Shown here piece after piece: positions 8,837 to 19,552 of a DNA stretch of 64,000 bases. The stretch is from the NCBI GenBank assembly GCA_944329195.1, contig CALVHX010000001.1:3562-67561 (forward strand), given 5' to 3'. Position numbers and translations under genes: made by a program. Source of the DNA: an uncultured Bacilli bacterium (GTDB taxonomy: Bacteria > Bacillota_I > Bacilli_A > RF39 > UBA660). Below the pieces are notes generated by a model, which did not search any database, was not told where the DNA came from, and saw nothing but the letters and a program-made list of their open reading frames with translations. How positions within the stretch are numbered: the stretch's first letter is position 1; each line of letters begins with the position of its first letter.

Positions 8837-11422
8837 ATGATGAAAAAAATAGTTTTGGTGGATGGTAATAACTTGTTATTTAGAAGTTATTATGCTACAG
8901 CCTATAATGGGAATATTATGAGAAATAGAGAAGGATTTCCTACTAATGGGATATATGGTTTTGTAAATATGATGAACAAAATAATTCATGAAGAAAAACC
9001 AGAATATATAATGGTAGCTTTTGATGTTGGAAAAACTTTTAGGCACGAAAAATATGAGAAATACAAAGATGGCCGCAGGGAAACTCCAGAAGAACTTAAA
9101 ATGCAATTTCCTGTAGTTAAAAAGATTTTAAATGCTATGGGTATCAAACATTTGGAATGTGCTGGTTACGAAGCTGATGATATTATTGGTACTATATCAT
9201 TATGGTGTGAAAATGATCCTAATTATGAGGCGTTGATTGTCAGCAGTGATAAAGATTTACTACAGCTTATTAGTGATGAGACTGTTGTTAAACTTCTAAA
9301 AAGTAAAGATTATATTATGATGGACAAAAAAATGTTTGAAAATACTTATGGTTTCGAACCAATAAAAATGATTGATTTAAAAGCTCTAATGGGTGATTCT
9401 TCAGATAATATTCCGGGTGTTAAAGGAATTGGAGAAAAAGGGGCAATTAAGCTATTAAATGAATATGAATCTTTAGATGATATTTATAAAAATATAGATA
9501 ATATAAAAGGAAGTATAAAAACAAAATTAATTGAAGGTAAAGATGATGCTTACTATAGTAGAGAATTAGTAACTATCTGTAGAGAAGTTCCGTTAGATAT
9601 ATCTTTTGATGAATTGATATACAGAGGTGAAAATTCTGATGAATTAATTGATATTTACAATGACTTGGGATTTTATTCTTTATTAAAAAATATTAATACA
9701 AATAGTGAAATTTTATATAATGATGTCAAAAAAAATGATATTAGAATTGTTACTGATATAAAAGATGTTGTTATTGATGAAGATACATCTATTTACATAG
9801 ATACAACTAGTGGTAATTATCATGATGCTGTAATTAATGGTATTTCACTTTATAACAGCAAGGTTTCTTATTATATTCCTTTTGATATTATAAAAGATAA
9901 TATTAGTGTGCTAAACAGTAGTTATATTAAGTTTACATATGATTTGAAAAAACTAGTTGTTATGTTCAATAAATATAATGTAAATTTTGAAAATATTTAT
10001 TTTGATGCAATGATTAGTGGTTATTTACTTAATTATAACGTAAAAGATGACATTTGCTATTTAGCAAAAGATCTTGATTTTAATATCCCTTTCTATAATA
10101 AAAAGGAGATTTTAGATATTGACGAAATTGCTAGAAGAGATGTTTTAAAAGCCAAGTTTATATATGAAATAAAAAATAAGTTTTATGAAGAAATGATAAA
10201 AGAAGAATCTATCGACTTATTTGAAAAAATAGAAATGCCTTTAGCTAGAGTTCTTGCTAAAATGGAAATAGAAGGTATTTTAGTTAATAGAGCCGTATTA
10301 GAAGATATGGGAAAAGAAATTAAAAATAAACTTCAAATTATTACACGTGATATTTATAATTATGCGGGTATTGAATTTAATATTAATTCTCCGAGACAAC
10401 TGGGTGAAGTTCTATTTGATAAATTGAAACTTCCGTTTGCTAAAAAAAACAAAATAGGATATGTTACAGATATTGATATACTAAAGAAATTAGCTAATTA
10501 TCCGATCGTGAGCAAAATTTTAGAATATAGAAGTCTATCAAAACTTTATTCTACCTATATAGAAGGAATTATAAACTGTATTAGAGAAGATGGTAAAATT
10601 CATACTATTTTTACACAGACACTTACTAGGACGGGTAGGTTGTCTTCAATTGAACCTAATTTACAAAATATTCCTATGAAAAGTGAATATGGTAGATTAA
10701 TTAGAAAAGCTTTCATACCAGAAGAAGATTCTGTCATTATGTCTTCTGACTATTCGCAAATAGAACTTAGAGTCTTTGCCCATTTATCGGGAGTTAAAGA
10801 TTTAATTGACGCTTTTAATAAAAATGATGATATTCATATGAGAACCGCTATGGACATATTTGGTGTGATTGAAGAAGACGTCACAAAGAATATGAGAAGA
10901 CAGGCTAAAGCAGTTAATTTTGGGATTCTTTACGGTATCAGTAGCTTTGGTTTATCGGAAGATCTTGGAATTTCTGTTAAAGAGGCAAAAGATTTTATTG
11001 ATAAATATTTTGAAACATATCCCGGCGTAAGAGATTATATGGATAAAGAAATAAAAGATGCTACTAAAAATGGTTTTGTTAAAACAATTATGAATAGAAA
11101 AAGAATTATTGAAGAACTTAAAAATTCTAATCGCAATATTAGAAGTATGGGGGAAAGGATGGCTCTTAATACTCCTATTCAAGGATCGGCTGCAGATATA
11201 TTAAAAAAAGCGATGGTAGAAATTGATGAGGAATTTAAAAAGCAATCTATCAAAAGTAAAATGTTACTTCAAGTTCATGATGAACTTATATTTAATGTAT
11301 ATAATGACGAAATTGATAAAGTTAAGGATATTGTGTATGATATTATGACTAATACCTATAAACTTTTAGTACCTCTTGATGTTGATATTGAAATGGGAAA
11401 TAGTTGGTATGAGGCTAAATAG
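8837..11422 (+). CDS. polA: DNA polymerase I
   Basis: 5'-3' exonuclease N-terminus (MMKKIVLVDGNNLLFRSYYA), 3'-5' exonuclease-like middle domain, polymerase motifs RRQAKAVNFGILYG and LQVHDELIF. The ORF is open from GTG 8768, but ATG 8837 follows a GGTGA RBS. Confidence 0.85.
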   Translation: MMKKIVLVDGNNLLFRSYYATAYNGNIMRNREGFPTNGIYGFVNMMNKIIHEEKPEYIMVAFDVGKTFRHEKYEKYKDGRRETPEELKMQFPVVKKILNAMGIKHLECAGYEADDIIGTISLWCENDPNYEALIVSSDKDLLQLISDETVVKLLKSKDYIMMDKKMFENTYGFEPIKMIDLKALMGDSSDNIPGVKGIGEKGAIKLLNEYESLDDIYKNIDNIKGSIKTKLIEGKDDAYYSRELVTICREVPLDISFDELIYRGENSDELIDIYNDLGFYSLLKNINTNSEILYNDVKKNDIRIVTDIKDVVIDEDTSIYIDTTSGNYHDAVINGISLYNSKVSYYIPFDIIKDNISVLNSSYIKFTYDLKKLVVMFNKYNVNFENIYFDAMISGYLLNYNVKDDICYLAKDLDFNIPFYNKKEILDIDEIARRDVLKAKFIYEIKNKFYEEMIKEESIDLFEKIEMPLARVLAKMEIEGILVNRAVLEDMGKEIKNKLQIITRDIYNYAGIEFNINSPRQLGEVLFDKLKLPFAKKNKIGYVTDIDILKKLANYPIVSKILEYRSLSKLYSTYIEGIINCIREDGKIHTIFTQTLTRTGRLSSIEPNLQNIPMKSEYGRLIRKAFIPEEDSVIMSSDYSQIELRVFAHLSGVKDLIDAFNKNDDIHMRTAMDIFGVIEEDVTKNMRRQAKAVNFGILYGISSFGLSEDLGISVKEAKDFIDKYFETYPGVRDYMDKEIKDATKNGFVKTIMNRKRIIEELKNSNRNIRSMGERMALNTPIQGSAADILKKAMVEIDEEFKKQSIKSKMLLQVHDELIFNVYNDEIDKVKDIVYDIMTNTYKLLVPLDVDIEMGNSWYEAK

Positions 11423-11429
11423 CAAAAAT

Positions 11430-11445
11430 TATTTCCCGGGAAATA
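11430..11445. promoter_or_regulatory. NBS-like palindrome (copy 3) with an adjacent duplicated right half-site GGGAAATA at 11450-11457; between polA and mutM
   Basis: Exact 16-mer, 8 bp after the polA stop and 38 bp before the mutM start. Confidence 0.6.
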
Positions 11446-11482
11446 ATTTGGGAAATAATTAATTAGAAGGAAGTGGATAATT

Positions 11483-12304
11483 ATGCCAGAACTACCTGAA
11501 GTAGAAACAGTAAAAGAAGCTTTGAAAGCTAAATTAATAAATAAAAAAATTATTGGAATAAATATTTTATACGATAATATTATTGCTTATCCATCAAAAG
11601 AAAAATTTATTTATGAAATTCAAAATCAAACTATCAATGATATGAAAAGAAGAGGAAAATTTTTGATTTTTGACTTAGATGATTATTATTTATTATCCCA
11701 TCTTAGAATGGAAGGTAAATATTTCTTTAAAAATAATAATCAGAGTATTGAAAAACATGAACATATTATTTTTAAATTAAATGATAACGAGGAATTAAGG
11801 TACATGGATACAAGAAAATTTGGAAAAATGTACCTTATCGAAAAAAATAACATTGATAATATTGGTCCGCTTAAAAGTTTAGGTCTTGAACCTTGGGATG
11901 ATAAATTAACTAGCAAATATCTTTTAGACAAATACAAAAGTAAAGGCATTCCTGTAAAGACAGCATTATTAGAACAAGATATTATTGCCGGTATTGGGAA
12001 TATATATGCAGATGAAATTTTATTTTTAAGTAAAATTAATCCTTTGAAAAAATGTAATTTAATTACTGAAAAAGAAACTAAAAATATTATAAAATATACG
12101 AGAGAAGTACTAGAAAACGCCATAACAAAGGGAGGAACTACTATTAGAAGCTATAGCTCTGTAGATGGAGTACATGGTCTTTTTCAACAGGAACTGTTAG
12201 TTCATGGAAAAGATAAAGAGAAGTGTCCTTATTGCTCTTCACAAATAAATAAGATTAAAGTTGGGGGAAGAGGTACTTACTATTGTCCACTTTGTCAAAA
12301 ATAA
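11483..12304 (+). CDS. mutM: formamidopyrimidine-DNA glycosylase (Fpg/MutM)
   Basis: N-terminal MPELPEVETV (catalytic Pro2/Glu3) and C-terminal zinc finger CPYC...CPLCQ. Confidence 0.85.
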   Translation: MPELPEVETVKEALKAKLINKKIIGINILYDNIIAYPSKEKFIYEIQNQTINDMKRRGKFLIFDLDDYYLLSHLRMEGKYFFKNNNQSIEKHEHIIFKLNDNEELRYMDTRKFGKMYLIEKNNIDNIGPLKSLGLEPWDDKLTSKYLLDKYKSKGIPVKTALLEQDIIAGIGNIYADEILFLSKINPLKKCNLITEKETKNIIKYTREVLENAITKGGTTIRSYSSVDGVHGLFQQELLVHGKDKEKCPYCSSQINKIKVGGRGTYYCPLCQK

Positions 12305-12332
12305 TCATTTACAATAAATTTACATAACTTTT

Positions 12333-12365
12333 GTAACCTATTTGGTTACATTTTTCTTTTTTTGT
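12333..12365 (+). terminator. rho-independent terminator after mutM
   Basis: TGTAACC-tattt-GGTTACA hairpin followed by TTTTTCTTTTTTT. Confidence 0.55.
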
Positions 12366-12408
12366 TGACTTTAATAATATTGTGTGATAGGTTAAATTTG
12401 GTGATATA

Positions 12409-12819
12409 ATGAATGATGAATGCTTTAGAAAATCTCTCATCGAAATTACTGATAAAAATTTATTAAATAACTTTGTCAATGAAATTTTTGGTTATGATTT
12501 AAAAAATGATCAATACGTTTATATTCAATATAAGATTGTTCATGAAAACATTGTAATTAATATATATGATAATAGTTATAATAATAGATTTAAAGCTTTT
12601 ATTTTTACAACTAATAGTAATTTAGAAAGCAATGGAGATATTAAATATATTAATATTAATCATTGCTATAATTCTTATAAAAATAATGTAATTGATAGTA
12701 AATTGGACTTAATTGGTTCATTACTTATTTCAAAAAGTAATGATGAAAAAAAAGAGATTATTTCTAAGCTATTCGATAATGATATAAAAAATATTTTATT
12801 TAAATACTTTATTACTTAA
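12409..12819 (+). CDS. hypothetical protein (136 aa, Asn/Ile-rich, no recognisable domain)
   Basis: ORF only. Convergent with tmcAL and very AT-rich. Confidence 0.3.
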   Translation: MNDECFRKSLIEITDKNLLNNFVNEIFGYDLKNDQYVYIQYKIVHENIVINIYDNSYNNRFKAFIFTTNSNLESNGDIKYININHCYNSYKNNVIDSKLDLIGSLLISKSNDEKKEIISKLFDNDIKNILFKYFIT

Positions 12820-13959
12820 TTATTTATACCTTGTTATTATTGGTCTTTTTTCATATTCTCTTTTTATTAAATTAGAGTCTGTTTCTAAGGAATATATTTT
12901 TGTTGCTACAAGTTCTATATCTAGTATTTTAGATATATTTTTTTTATAACTTGTTATTATAGGGATAGTTATTTGTTTCTTTATTTTATTTAAATATTCT
13001 TGTCCTTTTTTGGAAAAGCCTAAGATCCGAAGATAATCTATATCTAACTGCCTAACTGACTCTTTAGTAAGACCAATGAGAATATGCAGAAGCATACGAG
13101 AAATTTTATTATAAGTATATCTTTTTGTCTTTACTTTCATTATTAAATCAGTGTAATTTTCTGCAAATTCTATATTTTTCAAAATTCGATTTTCTATTCC
13201 TTCGTCTACTGTCTGATATTTTCTAATCATCTTGTCTTCTAGTAATATTTTATATTTTAAATAAGGAAAATAATTATTCATTGCTACTTTATATAGGTAT
13301 TTTTCGGAATATGGTATTAGTTTGTCTATTTTTTTTCCATTTAAAAATCTTTTTCTAATAGCTGTAGCAGAGGCTATATTACCTTTAATTTTTGTACTAT
13401 GATAATTATTTGTTCTTGGAATATTTTTTATTTCTATTTTTTTATTTGAAAGCATTATTTGTTTTATGTAAGATAATGCTAAAAGATCATTTGGACTATC
13501 TATCCTTACTCCTATTAGATCTTCAATTGCTTTATTAGCCGCTGTTGGATAACTTATTCCTTTATTTAAATATTCTTTAAGTCTTTTATCATACTCTTTA
13601 TTATTTAACTGAAAAGTGGCAGCTTGTTTTATTTTTTCTATTGAAAGCGATTCTGTGCCGAATACTAATGTATCTATCTTTAGTTTTTCTAATATTGATA
13701 TTGCTCCTTTTGCAAATACATCAGATGATTGTACTGCATAGACAAAAGGGAGCTCTAAAACAATATCGATTCCGTTATCTAAAGCAATTTTTGTTTTATC
13801 CCACTTATTAAGAACTGAAATTTCCCCACGCTGTGTAAAAGAAGTTGCTAAAACTGCTATTATTATACTATCTTGATATATTTTTTTTATTTCGTTTATT
13901 TGATATAAATGTCCATTATGAAAAGGGTTATATTCCGCTACTAAACCTATTATGCGCAT
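12820..13959 (-). CDS. tmcAL: tRNA(Met) cytidine acetate ligase TmcAL (YlbM/UPF0348 nucleotidyltransferase)
   Basis: MRIIGLVAEYNPFHNGH (HxGH nucleotidyltransferase motif) and the YlbM-like body. GGTGA RBS before ATG 13959; the ORF extends to 14004. Confidence 0.65.
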   Translation of the reverse strand: MRIIGLVAEYNPFHNGHLYQINEIKKIYQDSIIIAVLATSFTQRGEISVLNKWDKTKIALDNGIDIVLELPFVYAVQSSDVFAKGAISILEKLKIDTLVFGTESLSIEKIKQAATFQLNNKEYDKRLKEYLNKGISYPTAANKAIEDLIGVRIDSPNDLLALSYIKQIMLSNKKIEIKNIPRTNNYHSTKIKGNIASATAIRKRFLNGKKIDKLIPYSEKYLYKVAMNNYFPYLKYKILLEDKMIRKYQTVDEGIENRILKNIEFAENYTDLIMKVKTKRYTYNKISRMLLHILIGLTKESVRQLDIDYLRILGFSKKGQEYLNKIKKQITIPIITSYKKNISKILDIELVATKIYSLETDSNLIKREYEKRPIITRYK

Positions 13960-14078
13960 ATTTATCACCAAATATATAATATCATAGTTGGCTTGATAAT
14001 GCAAAATTAATATTGCAGTTAAGCTGTTTCATATGATATAATATGCATATATTATTTGAAGTGAGGAAGTTATAAGTT

Positions 14079-15596
14079 ATGTTTAATTTTTTAAATATAT
14101 TTGAAGAAATTATTATTGATGTTGGAAAAGCATATCCTGATTGGAAAAATGTCTATAATATTATAGGTAATGTTATTACTATGATGCTTGCATACAAAAC
14201 TATTTATTGGATTATTGGCGTTTTTTTTACAAGAAAATTTAAACCTGCTAAAAATAAGCATACGTATGCTATTGTTATTCCAGCAAGAAATGAAAAAAAT
14301 GTTATTGGTAATCTTCTTGATAGCATTAAAAAACAGGACTATCCTAAAGAGTTACTTACTGTTTTTGTCATAGCGGATAACTGTACTGACAATACGGCAG
14401 AAATTGCTAGAAGTCATGGAGCTATTTGCTACGAAAGATTTGATGATGAACATAAGACTAAAGGGTTTGCTCTTCAATATTTATTTGAAAAGATCGAAGA
14501 AGATTATGGATGTATGTCATTTGAAGGGTACTTTGTATTTGATGCTGATAACTTATTAAAAAGTGATTATATTTCTCGAATGAATGATGCCTTCGATGCT
14601 GGTGAAAAAATAATTACTTCGTATAGAAATACTAAAAACTTTGATGAAAATTGGATTGCATCCACTTATGCTCTACATTGGATTAGATCTATTAGAAGTA
14701 ATCATAGAGCAAGATCAGTACTTAGACTTGCCACTAATATACAGGGAACTGGTTTTTTATTTACAAATGAAATTGTAAAAAATGGATGGAAATATACTTC
14801 GTTAACTGAAGATAGAGCCTTAACTGCGGACGCCGTGGCGCAAGGTTACAAGATTTCTTATCAGGATGCTGCTGAATTTTATGATGAACAGCCAACTAAT
14901 TTAAAAGTTGCTCTAAGACAACGTACTAGATGGTCAAAAGGTCATTTGATGGCTTTTGTCGAAACTGGTCCTTATTTATTATTAAATATATTCACTGGTA
15001 AATTATTTTTGAAAACTAGATGGAAAGAAAAAGAAGAAAAAAAACAAAAAAAGAGTTTTAAGGATATCGTACTTGCTATTATTGAATCTATAAGACACCG
15101 CTTTGCTTCTTTTGATACACTATTACAACTTACTCCTTTCTCGGTATTTAATTTGGCTAGATGGTTTATTGTGTGCGTTGTAATGTATGGTTGTTTTTGT
15201 TATAGTAATGGTATTGATAGTAGTAATTTGTTTGGTGGGGGAACTTATTTGGCAAAACTACTTAGAAGTTTATTTGAAATAAAAATATCTACTGTTCCCG
15301 GTATTAATGCTCTTTTTGTCGGTATGCTTGTATCTATATGGCTTAGAATTTTTTATAGAATTGGTATGTATATTCAAAATATGTGGATGGCTATATATTT
15401 ATTTATTATAGAAAGAAAAAGAATTAAAAAGATTCCTTTAAGAAAAAAAATTTTATATACTTTGACATGGCCGACATTTGATATTATTGGTAGATATACT
15501 ACATACGCGGCACTATTTATGAAGGTTACTTGGAAACCGATTCCTCACGATAGTAAAGTTACAATTGATGATATTAGCAAAGAAAAAAGTGAATAA
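14079..15596 (+). CDS. processive family-2 glycosyltransferase, membrane-bound (QxxRW motif)
   Basis: IVIPARNE, D-x-D FDADN and QRTRWSKGH motifs as in cellulose synthase/IcaA/NodC-type GT2. C-terminal transmembrane segments. Confidence 0.65.
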   Translation: MFNFLNIFEEIIIDVGKAYPDWKNVYNIIGNVITMMLAYKTIYWIIGVFFTRKFKPAKNKHTYAIVIPARNEKNVIGNLLDSIKKQDYPKELLTVFVIADNCTDNTAEIARSHGAICYERFDDEHKTKGFALQYLFEKIEEDYGCMSFEGYFVFDADNLLKSDYISRMNDAFDAGEKIITSYRNTKNFDENWIASTYALHWIRSIRSNHRARSVLRLATNIQGTGFLFTNEIVKNGWKYTSLTEDRALTADAVAQGYKISYQDAAEFYDEQPTNLKVALRQRTRWSKGHLMAFVETGPYLLLNIFTGKLFLKTRWKEKEEKKQKKSFKDIVLAIIESIRHRFASFDTLLQLTPFSVFNLARWFIVCVVMYGCFCYSNGIDSSNLFGGGTYLAKLLRSLFEIKISTVPGINALFVGMLVSIWLRIFYRIGMYIQNMWMAIYLFIIERKRIKKIPLRKKILYTLTWPTFDIIGRYTTYAALFMKVTWKPIPHDSKVTIDDISKEKSE

Positions 15597-15609
15597 AGTT
15601 ATTCGCTTT

Positions 15610-17565
15610 TTATATACTCTTATCATCTTTATTTTTTATTGTTTTAAAATAATTGTACTTCAGTGTTAAATCGTTTTTTCTTATAAGATAATTTATATAA
15701 TAATTTTTATCTTCGAGATTTATTTGATTAATATTTTTATTATTTGTAACTATTCCTCCATCGACATAAACATTTCCGTCATACCAAGAGTAATCACTAA
15801 AGAAGACAATACCTTGATAATTGTTATTTAGGGCATCAGCACCAATATAGTAATTCGGATGATATTCATTACCAAACAAATTTAATAATGTTGGTAAAAT
15901 ATTTAATTGTGATGTTACTTCTTTTACTGTTTTTTTATCAATATTGTTTTTCCATATGAAGAAAGGAGTTTTGTTTATTAAATTATTATTTGTCTCTTTA
16001 TATTTTTCTAAAATTGTTTGATCAGATAAAGTATACAAATAATGATCGGTAAACACCGCTATTACAGTGTTATCAAGAATACCTTCTTCTTCTAATTTTT
16101 TCAATAGTAATTCAATCATGTAGTCTGTTTCTTTAGCTTGTCTTCTAGCACAATCTTCTTCTGTCATAATAGGAAGTATAGTGTCTTCTGGTAACTCTTC
16201 AAGATTGTTTTCTTTTTTTATATCTTCTTCAACTAATATTTTACATACTCCTCTTTCAGTAGTAAACGGCATGTGAGCAGAATAAGTTATAATATAATTG
16301 ACAAATTTTTCTTCACTGAACATTTTTTCAGAAAATTCTTCATTAAGTATTAGTTCTCGGTCTAACGTATAACTTTCATCTGTATACGTTTCTAGATCTT
16401 GCAGTCCATAGTAATTGTCATATCCCCAATTTTTGTAGTTTGTTCCGCGCGAATAGTACTCACTAGTATTCATATGAAAAGCATTAACTGTATATCCTTC
16501 TTTTTTAAAAAGATGGGCCAAAGAATATGTAAATTCATTCTTGTTAAAAGAATATGCATTTTGTGTGTACGATAATGGTGTTATGAATCCTGTATTAACT
16601 GCAAATTCAGAATTAAATGTTGAACCGCCTCCATTATAATATGAATAATGATTGGAAAAATTAATAGAATTGTTCATCATGTTATACAGCGTTGGGGTAT
16701 CTTCTTCCGTTATAAGCCAATTATCTATTCCTTCTAACTGGATTATTATTAAATTATTATCTTTAAACATACCTGTATATTTATTTGAATAGTTTTCTTC
16801 TGTACTACTATATACTTCTTCTAAAAAAGTTAATTCTTCTTCGTTAACTGTTTTCTTTGACTTGATAAAAGTAATATAAAAATTTCTTACTGTATACTCA
16901 TATAGACCACTTATTCGCATACTTTTATTATTATCATTAAAATTTATATATATATTACGTGGATTTCTCCATGTGCTCCACGTTAATTCTGAATCCGGGC
17001 TTCCTAATAAAAATGGTATTATAAAATGAGCTATAAGAAATATAAAAAATACTCTTATTATATTTTTTAAATTAGTTTTCTTTCTTTTCGGAAAATATTT
17101 AATTCCTACTATAAAGGACATTATTATTATTAGTGAAGAAATATAAACCCATATATTACAATTTACAATGGCGTCAAATATATATTCTGAACCTTCACTT
17201 GTCATTAAAAGCAAGCTAAAATCAAAAAATGAATCAGTCATAGAATAATATATATTGTTTGTTAAAAAGAAAAGAAAGAAAAGAAAAAAGAAGAATATAT
17301 AGTAAATTTTTCCCTTTTTTTTCTCTGTAAATAAACATATTCCTAATATTAAAAAAACCCATACTAGAGTAAATAAATTAGGTACTAAACTTAATATGTG
17401 GAAAAAGTTTATTTTACTTCCTATTATCCTAGTAATAATATCCATTAATATAAATGGCAGTGCTACTAATAATATATAATAATATTTACCTAACAATTTT
17501 TTAATTGTGGAAATTATTTTCATATTTTTTACTTTTTTTACTACTTTTTTCAAGACAATCACCAT
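15610..17565 (-). CDS. ltaS: LtaS-family lipoteichoic acid synthase / sulfatase-domain membrane protein
   Basis: Five N-terminal TM helices, then an extracellular sulfatase domain (LEGIDNWLI, YNGGGSTFNSEFAVNTG). Confidence 0.7.
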   Translation of the reverse strand: MVIVLKKVVKKVKNMKIISTIKKLLGKYYYILLVALPFILMDIITRIIGSKINFFHILSLVPNLFTLVWVFLILGICLFTEKKKGKIYYIFFFFLFFLFFLTNNIYYSMTDSFFDFSLLLMTSEGSEYIFDAIVNCNIWVYISSLIIIMSFIVGIKYFPKRKKTNLKNIIRVFFIFLIAHFIIPFLLGSPDSELTWSTWRNPRNIYINFNDNNKSMRISGLYEYTVRNFYITFIKSKKTVNEEELTFLEEVYSSTEENYSNKYTGMFKDNNLIIIQLEGIDNWLITEEDTPTLYNMMNNSINFSNHYSYYNGGGSTFNSEFAVNTGFITPLSYTQNAYSFNKNEFTYSLAHLFKKEGYTVNAFHMNTSEYYSRGTNYKNWGYDNYYGLQDLETYTDESYTLDRELILNEEFSEKMFSEEKFVNYIITYSAHMPFTTERGVCKILVEEDIKKENNLEELPEDTILPIMTEEDCARRQAKETDYMIELLLKKLEEEGILDNTVIAVFTDHYLYTLSDQTILEKYKETNNNLINKTPFFIWKNNIDKKTVKEVTSQLNILPTLLNLFGNEYHPNYYIGADALNNNYQGIVFFSDYSWYDGNVYVDGGIVTNNKNINQINLEDKNYYINYLIRKNDLTLKYNYFKTIKNKDDKSI

Positions 17566-17755
17566 CTCCTCTTGATTATACTATATATTTATTTTTTTGT
17601 AAATAGACATATTTGATTGTGTAAACATGTGTTTTTAAAGGATAAAATAGATATCTTTTGTTTTGAATAAGCTTTGAGTAAAAGAAATATAAAAATTATT
17701 TATTTTTTACTAATTTTCTGATATAATTTATTTAGAATAGAAGGAAGGGGTATTT

Positions 17756-19516
17756 ATGTTTAAAGAAATACTTGCCATAACTAAAAATTATGCTATTGTT
17801 AAAATTGATGGTGTCGTCAGTGATGACTTACTTAATTTAAATGTTATTTTTGAAGAAACAAACAAAAAAATATTGGGGGAAATTGAAGAAATAATTAATA
17901 ACGAAGCTAAAATTAATTTTTTGGGAGAATTTCAAGGTAATAGATTTTATGATGGAATCATACGAAAACCTAGTGTATCCTCTTCTATTAGGATAATCAA
18001 TGCTGACGAATTAAAAGAACTTACTGGTAACAATGATCCTTATAGTATGATGCTTGGGCTTTCTCCTCTATATAATAATTCTCCAATAAAAATAAACATC
18101 GATGATATGTGGAGTAATCATAGTGCAATTTTTGGTAACACTGGGTCTGGTAAGACTTATGGTGTTGCTAGACTTGTACAAAATTTATTTACAATGTCTA
18201 ATTACATTCCTTTTAATAGCATAATCTTTATATTTAATAATACAGATGAATATGATAATGCTTTTAATTCTATTAGTAATTATAATTTAAATTTTAATTA
18301 TAAGTTATTTACTACTGATACTGAAAGTAGTAATAATTTACTTAAACTTCCTTTGTGGCTTCTATCTGTTGATGATTATGCTAATATTTTAGATGTTAGC
18401 GAGTATTCTCAAATTATGATTATTGAAAAAATGCTTGTCTATGTTTCTCTCTTTGCAAAGAACGATGAAGAAAGTAATAAATATAAAAATCATTTAATTG
18501 CTAAGGCAATTGTTTCTGTTTTGTATTCTAATCAAGTTTCTGCTAGGATAAGAGATCAAATTTTTTCTATTTTAACTGATTGTTATACGAAGGAATTAAA
18601 TTTAGATGTTGAAGTACCCGGTGTTGGGTATACAAGATCATTTAGAAAGTGTTTTGATATTGATAGCAAAGGTGAATTTGTCGAAAGGATTCTCATTACG
18701 GAATATATTAATAAATTTATTGACAATACTATCGAGTGGAAAGAAGAGTATACCCCTACTTATTTTACGATAGATGATTTAGAGATTGCACTTAATTTTA
18801 CGCTAATCTCTGAAGGTCTATTACTAAATGAAAAGTCATATAGTGAGGCTACTGCTTTAAAAGTTAAACTTCATACTATTGCTAATAGTTCGATGAGAAA
18901 ATTTTTTGAGGTTGAAAATTTTATTTCAATAAATGATTTTATATCAAGTTTAATTCTAATTGGCAATAATAAAAGGGCACAAATTATAAATTTTGTTCTT
19001 GAAAGTATTGATGATAGATTTGCTAAAAATTTAGTGAAGGTATATTCTAGGTTATTATTTAATTTTTTAAAAACTTTACCTACGAGAGGTAGTATGCCTA
19101 TTCACATTATGCTTGAAGAGGCACACAGATATGTACAAAAAGATAACGATATTAATATTCTAGGATATAATATTTTTGAAAGAATAGCTAAAGAGGGAAG
19201 AAAATTTGGTGTGGTTTTAGATTTAATTACTCAAAGACCAACCGAACTTTCTGAAACTGTTATATCACAATGTAGTAACTTTTTAATTTTTAAAATTAAC
19301 CATCCTAGTGATCTGGAGTATATTGAAAAAATGGTTCCTAACATTAGCAGTGATGTTATAGAAAAACAAAAGTCCCTACAATCTGGTACTTGTGTTGCTT
19401 TTGGTAGAATGATGAAAATACCAATGATTGTAAAAATGGAAATACCTAATCCTCCTCCACAAAGTTCTAATGCTAAAGTATTTGATAAGTGGATGATACA
19501 GTGGAAAAATAACTAA
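17756..19516 (+). CDS. HerA-like (DUF87/COG0433) FtsK-HerA superfamily ATPase, stand-alone
   Basis: N-terminal HAS-barrel-like region, Walker A GNTGSGKTY, Walker B IMLEEAHRY, and the ITQRPTEL sensor motif typical of HerA/VirB4/FtsK. Confidence 0.65.
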   Translation: MFKEILAITKNYAIVKIDGVVSDDLLNLNVIFEETNKKILGEIEEIINNEAKINFLGEFQGNRFYDGIIRKPSVSSSIRIINADELKELTGNNDPYSMMLGLSPLYNNSPIKINIDDMWSNHSAIFGNTGSGKTYGVARLVQNLFTMSNYIPFNSIIFIFNNTDEYDNAFNSISNYNLNFNYKLFTTDTESSNNLLKLPLWLLSVDDYANILDVSEYSQIMIIEKMLVYVSLFAKNDEESNKYKNHLIAKAIVSVLYSNQVSARIRDQIFSILTDCYTKELNLDVEVPGVGYTRSFRKCFDIDSKGEFVERILITEYINKFIDNTIEWKEEYTPTYFTIDDLEIALNFTLISEGLLLNEKSYSEATALKVKLHTIANSSMRKFFEVENFISINDFISSLILIGNNKRAQIINFVLESIDDRFAKNLVKVYSRLLFNFLKTLPTRGSMPIHIMLEEAHRYVQKDNDINILGYNIFERIAKEGRKFGVVLDLITQRPTELSETVISQCSNFLIFKINHPSDLEYIEKMVPNISSDVIEKQKSLQSGTCVAFGRMMKIPMIVKMEIPNPPPQSSNAKVFDKWMIQWKNN

Positions 19517-19552
19517 AGGAAAGGCTTATAAATAAAGTCTTGCCTTTTTTTT

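Noticed and set aside
17756-19516. HerA-like ATPase as an FtsK/SpoIIIE translocase or a conjugative VirB4/TraG coupling protein
   Set aside because: No N-terminal transmembrane segments, no gamma domain, and no neighbouring relaxase, T4SS, integrase or other mobile-element genes. The motif pattern fits HerA/DUF87 best.
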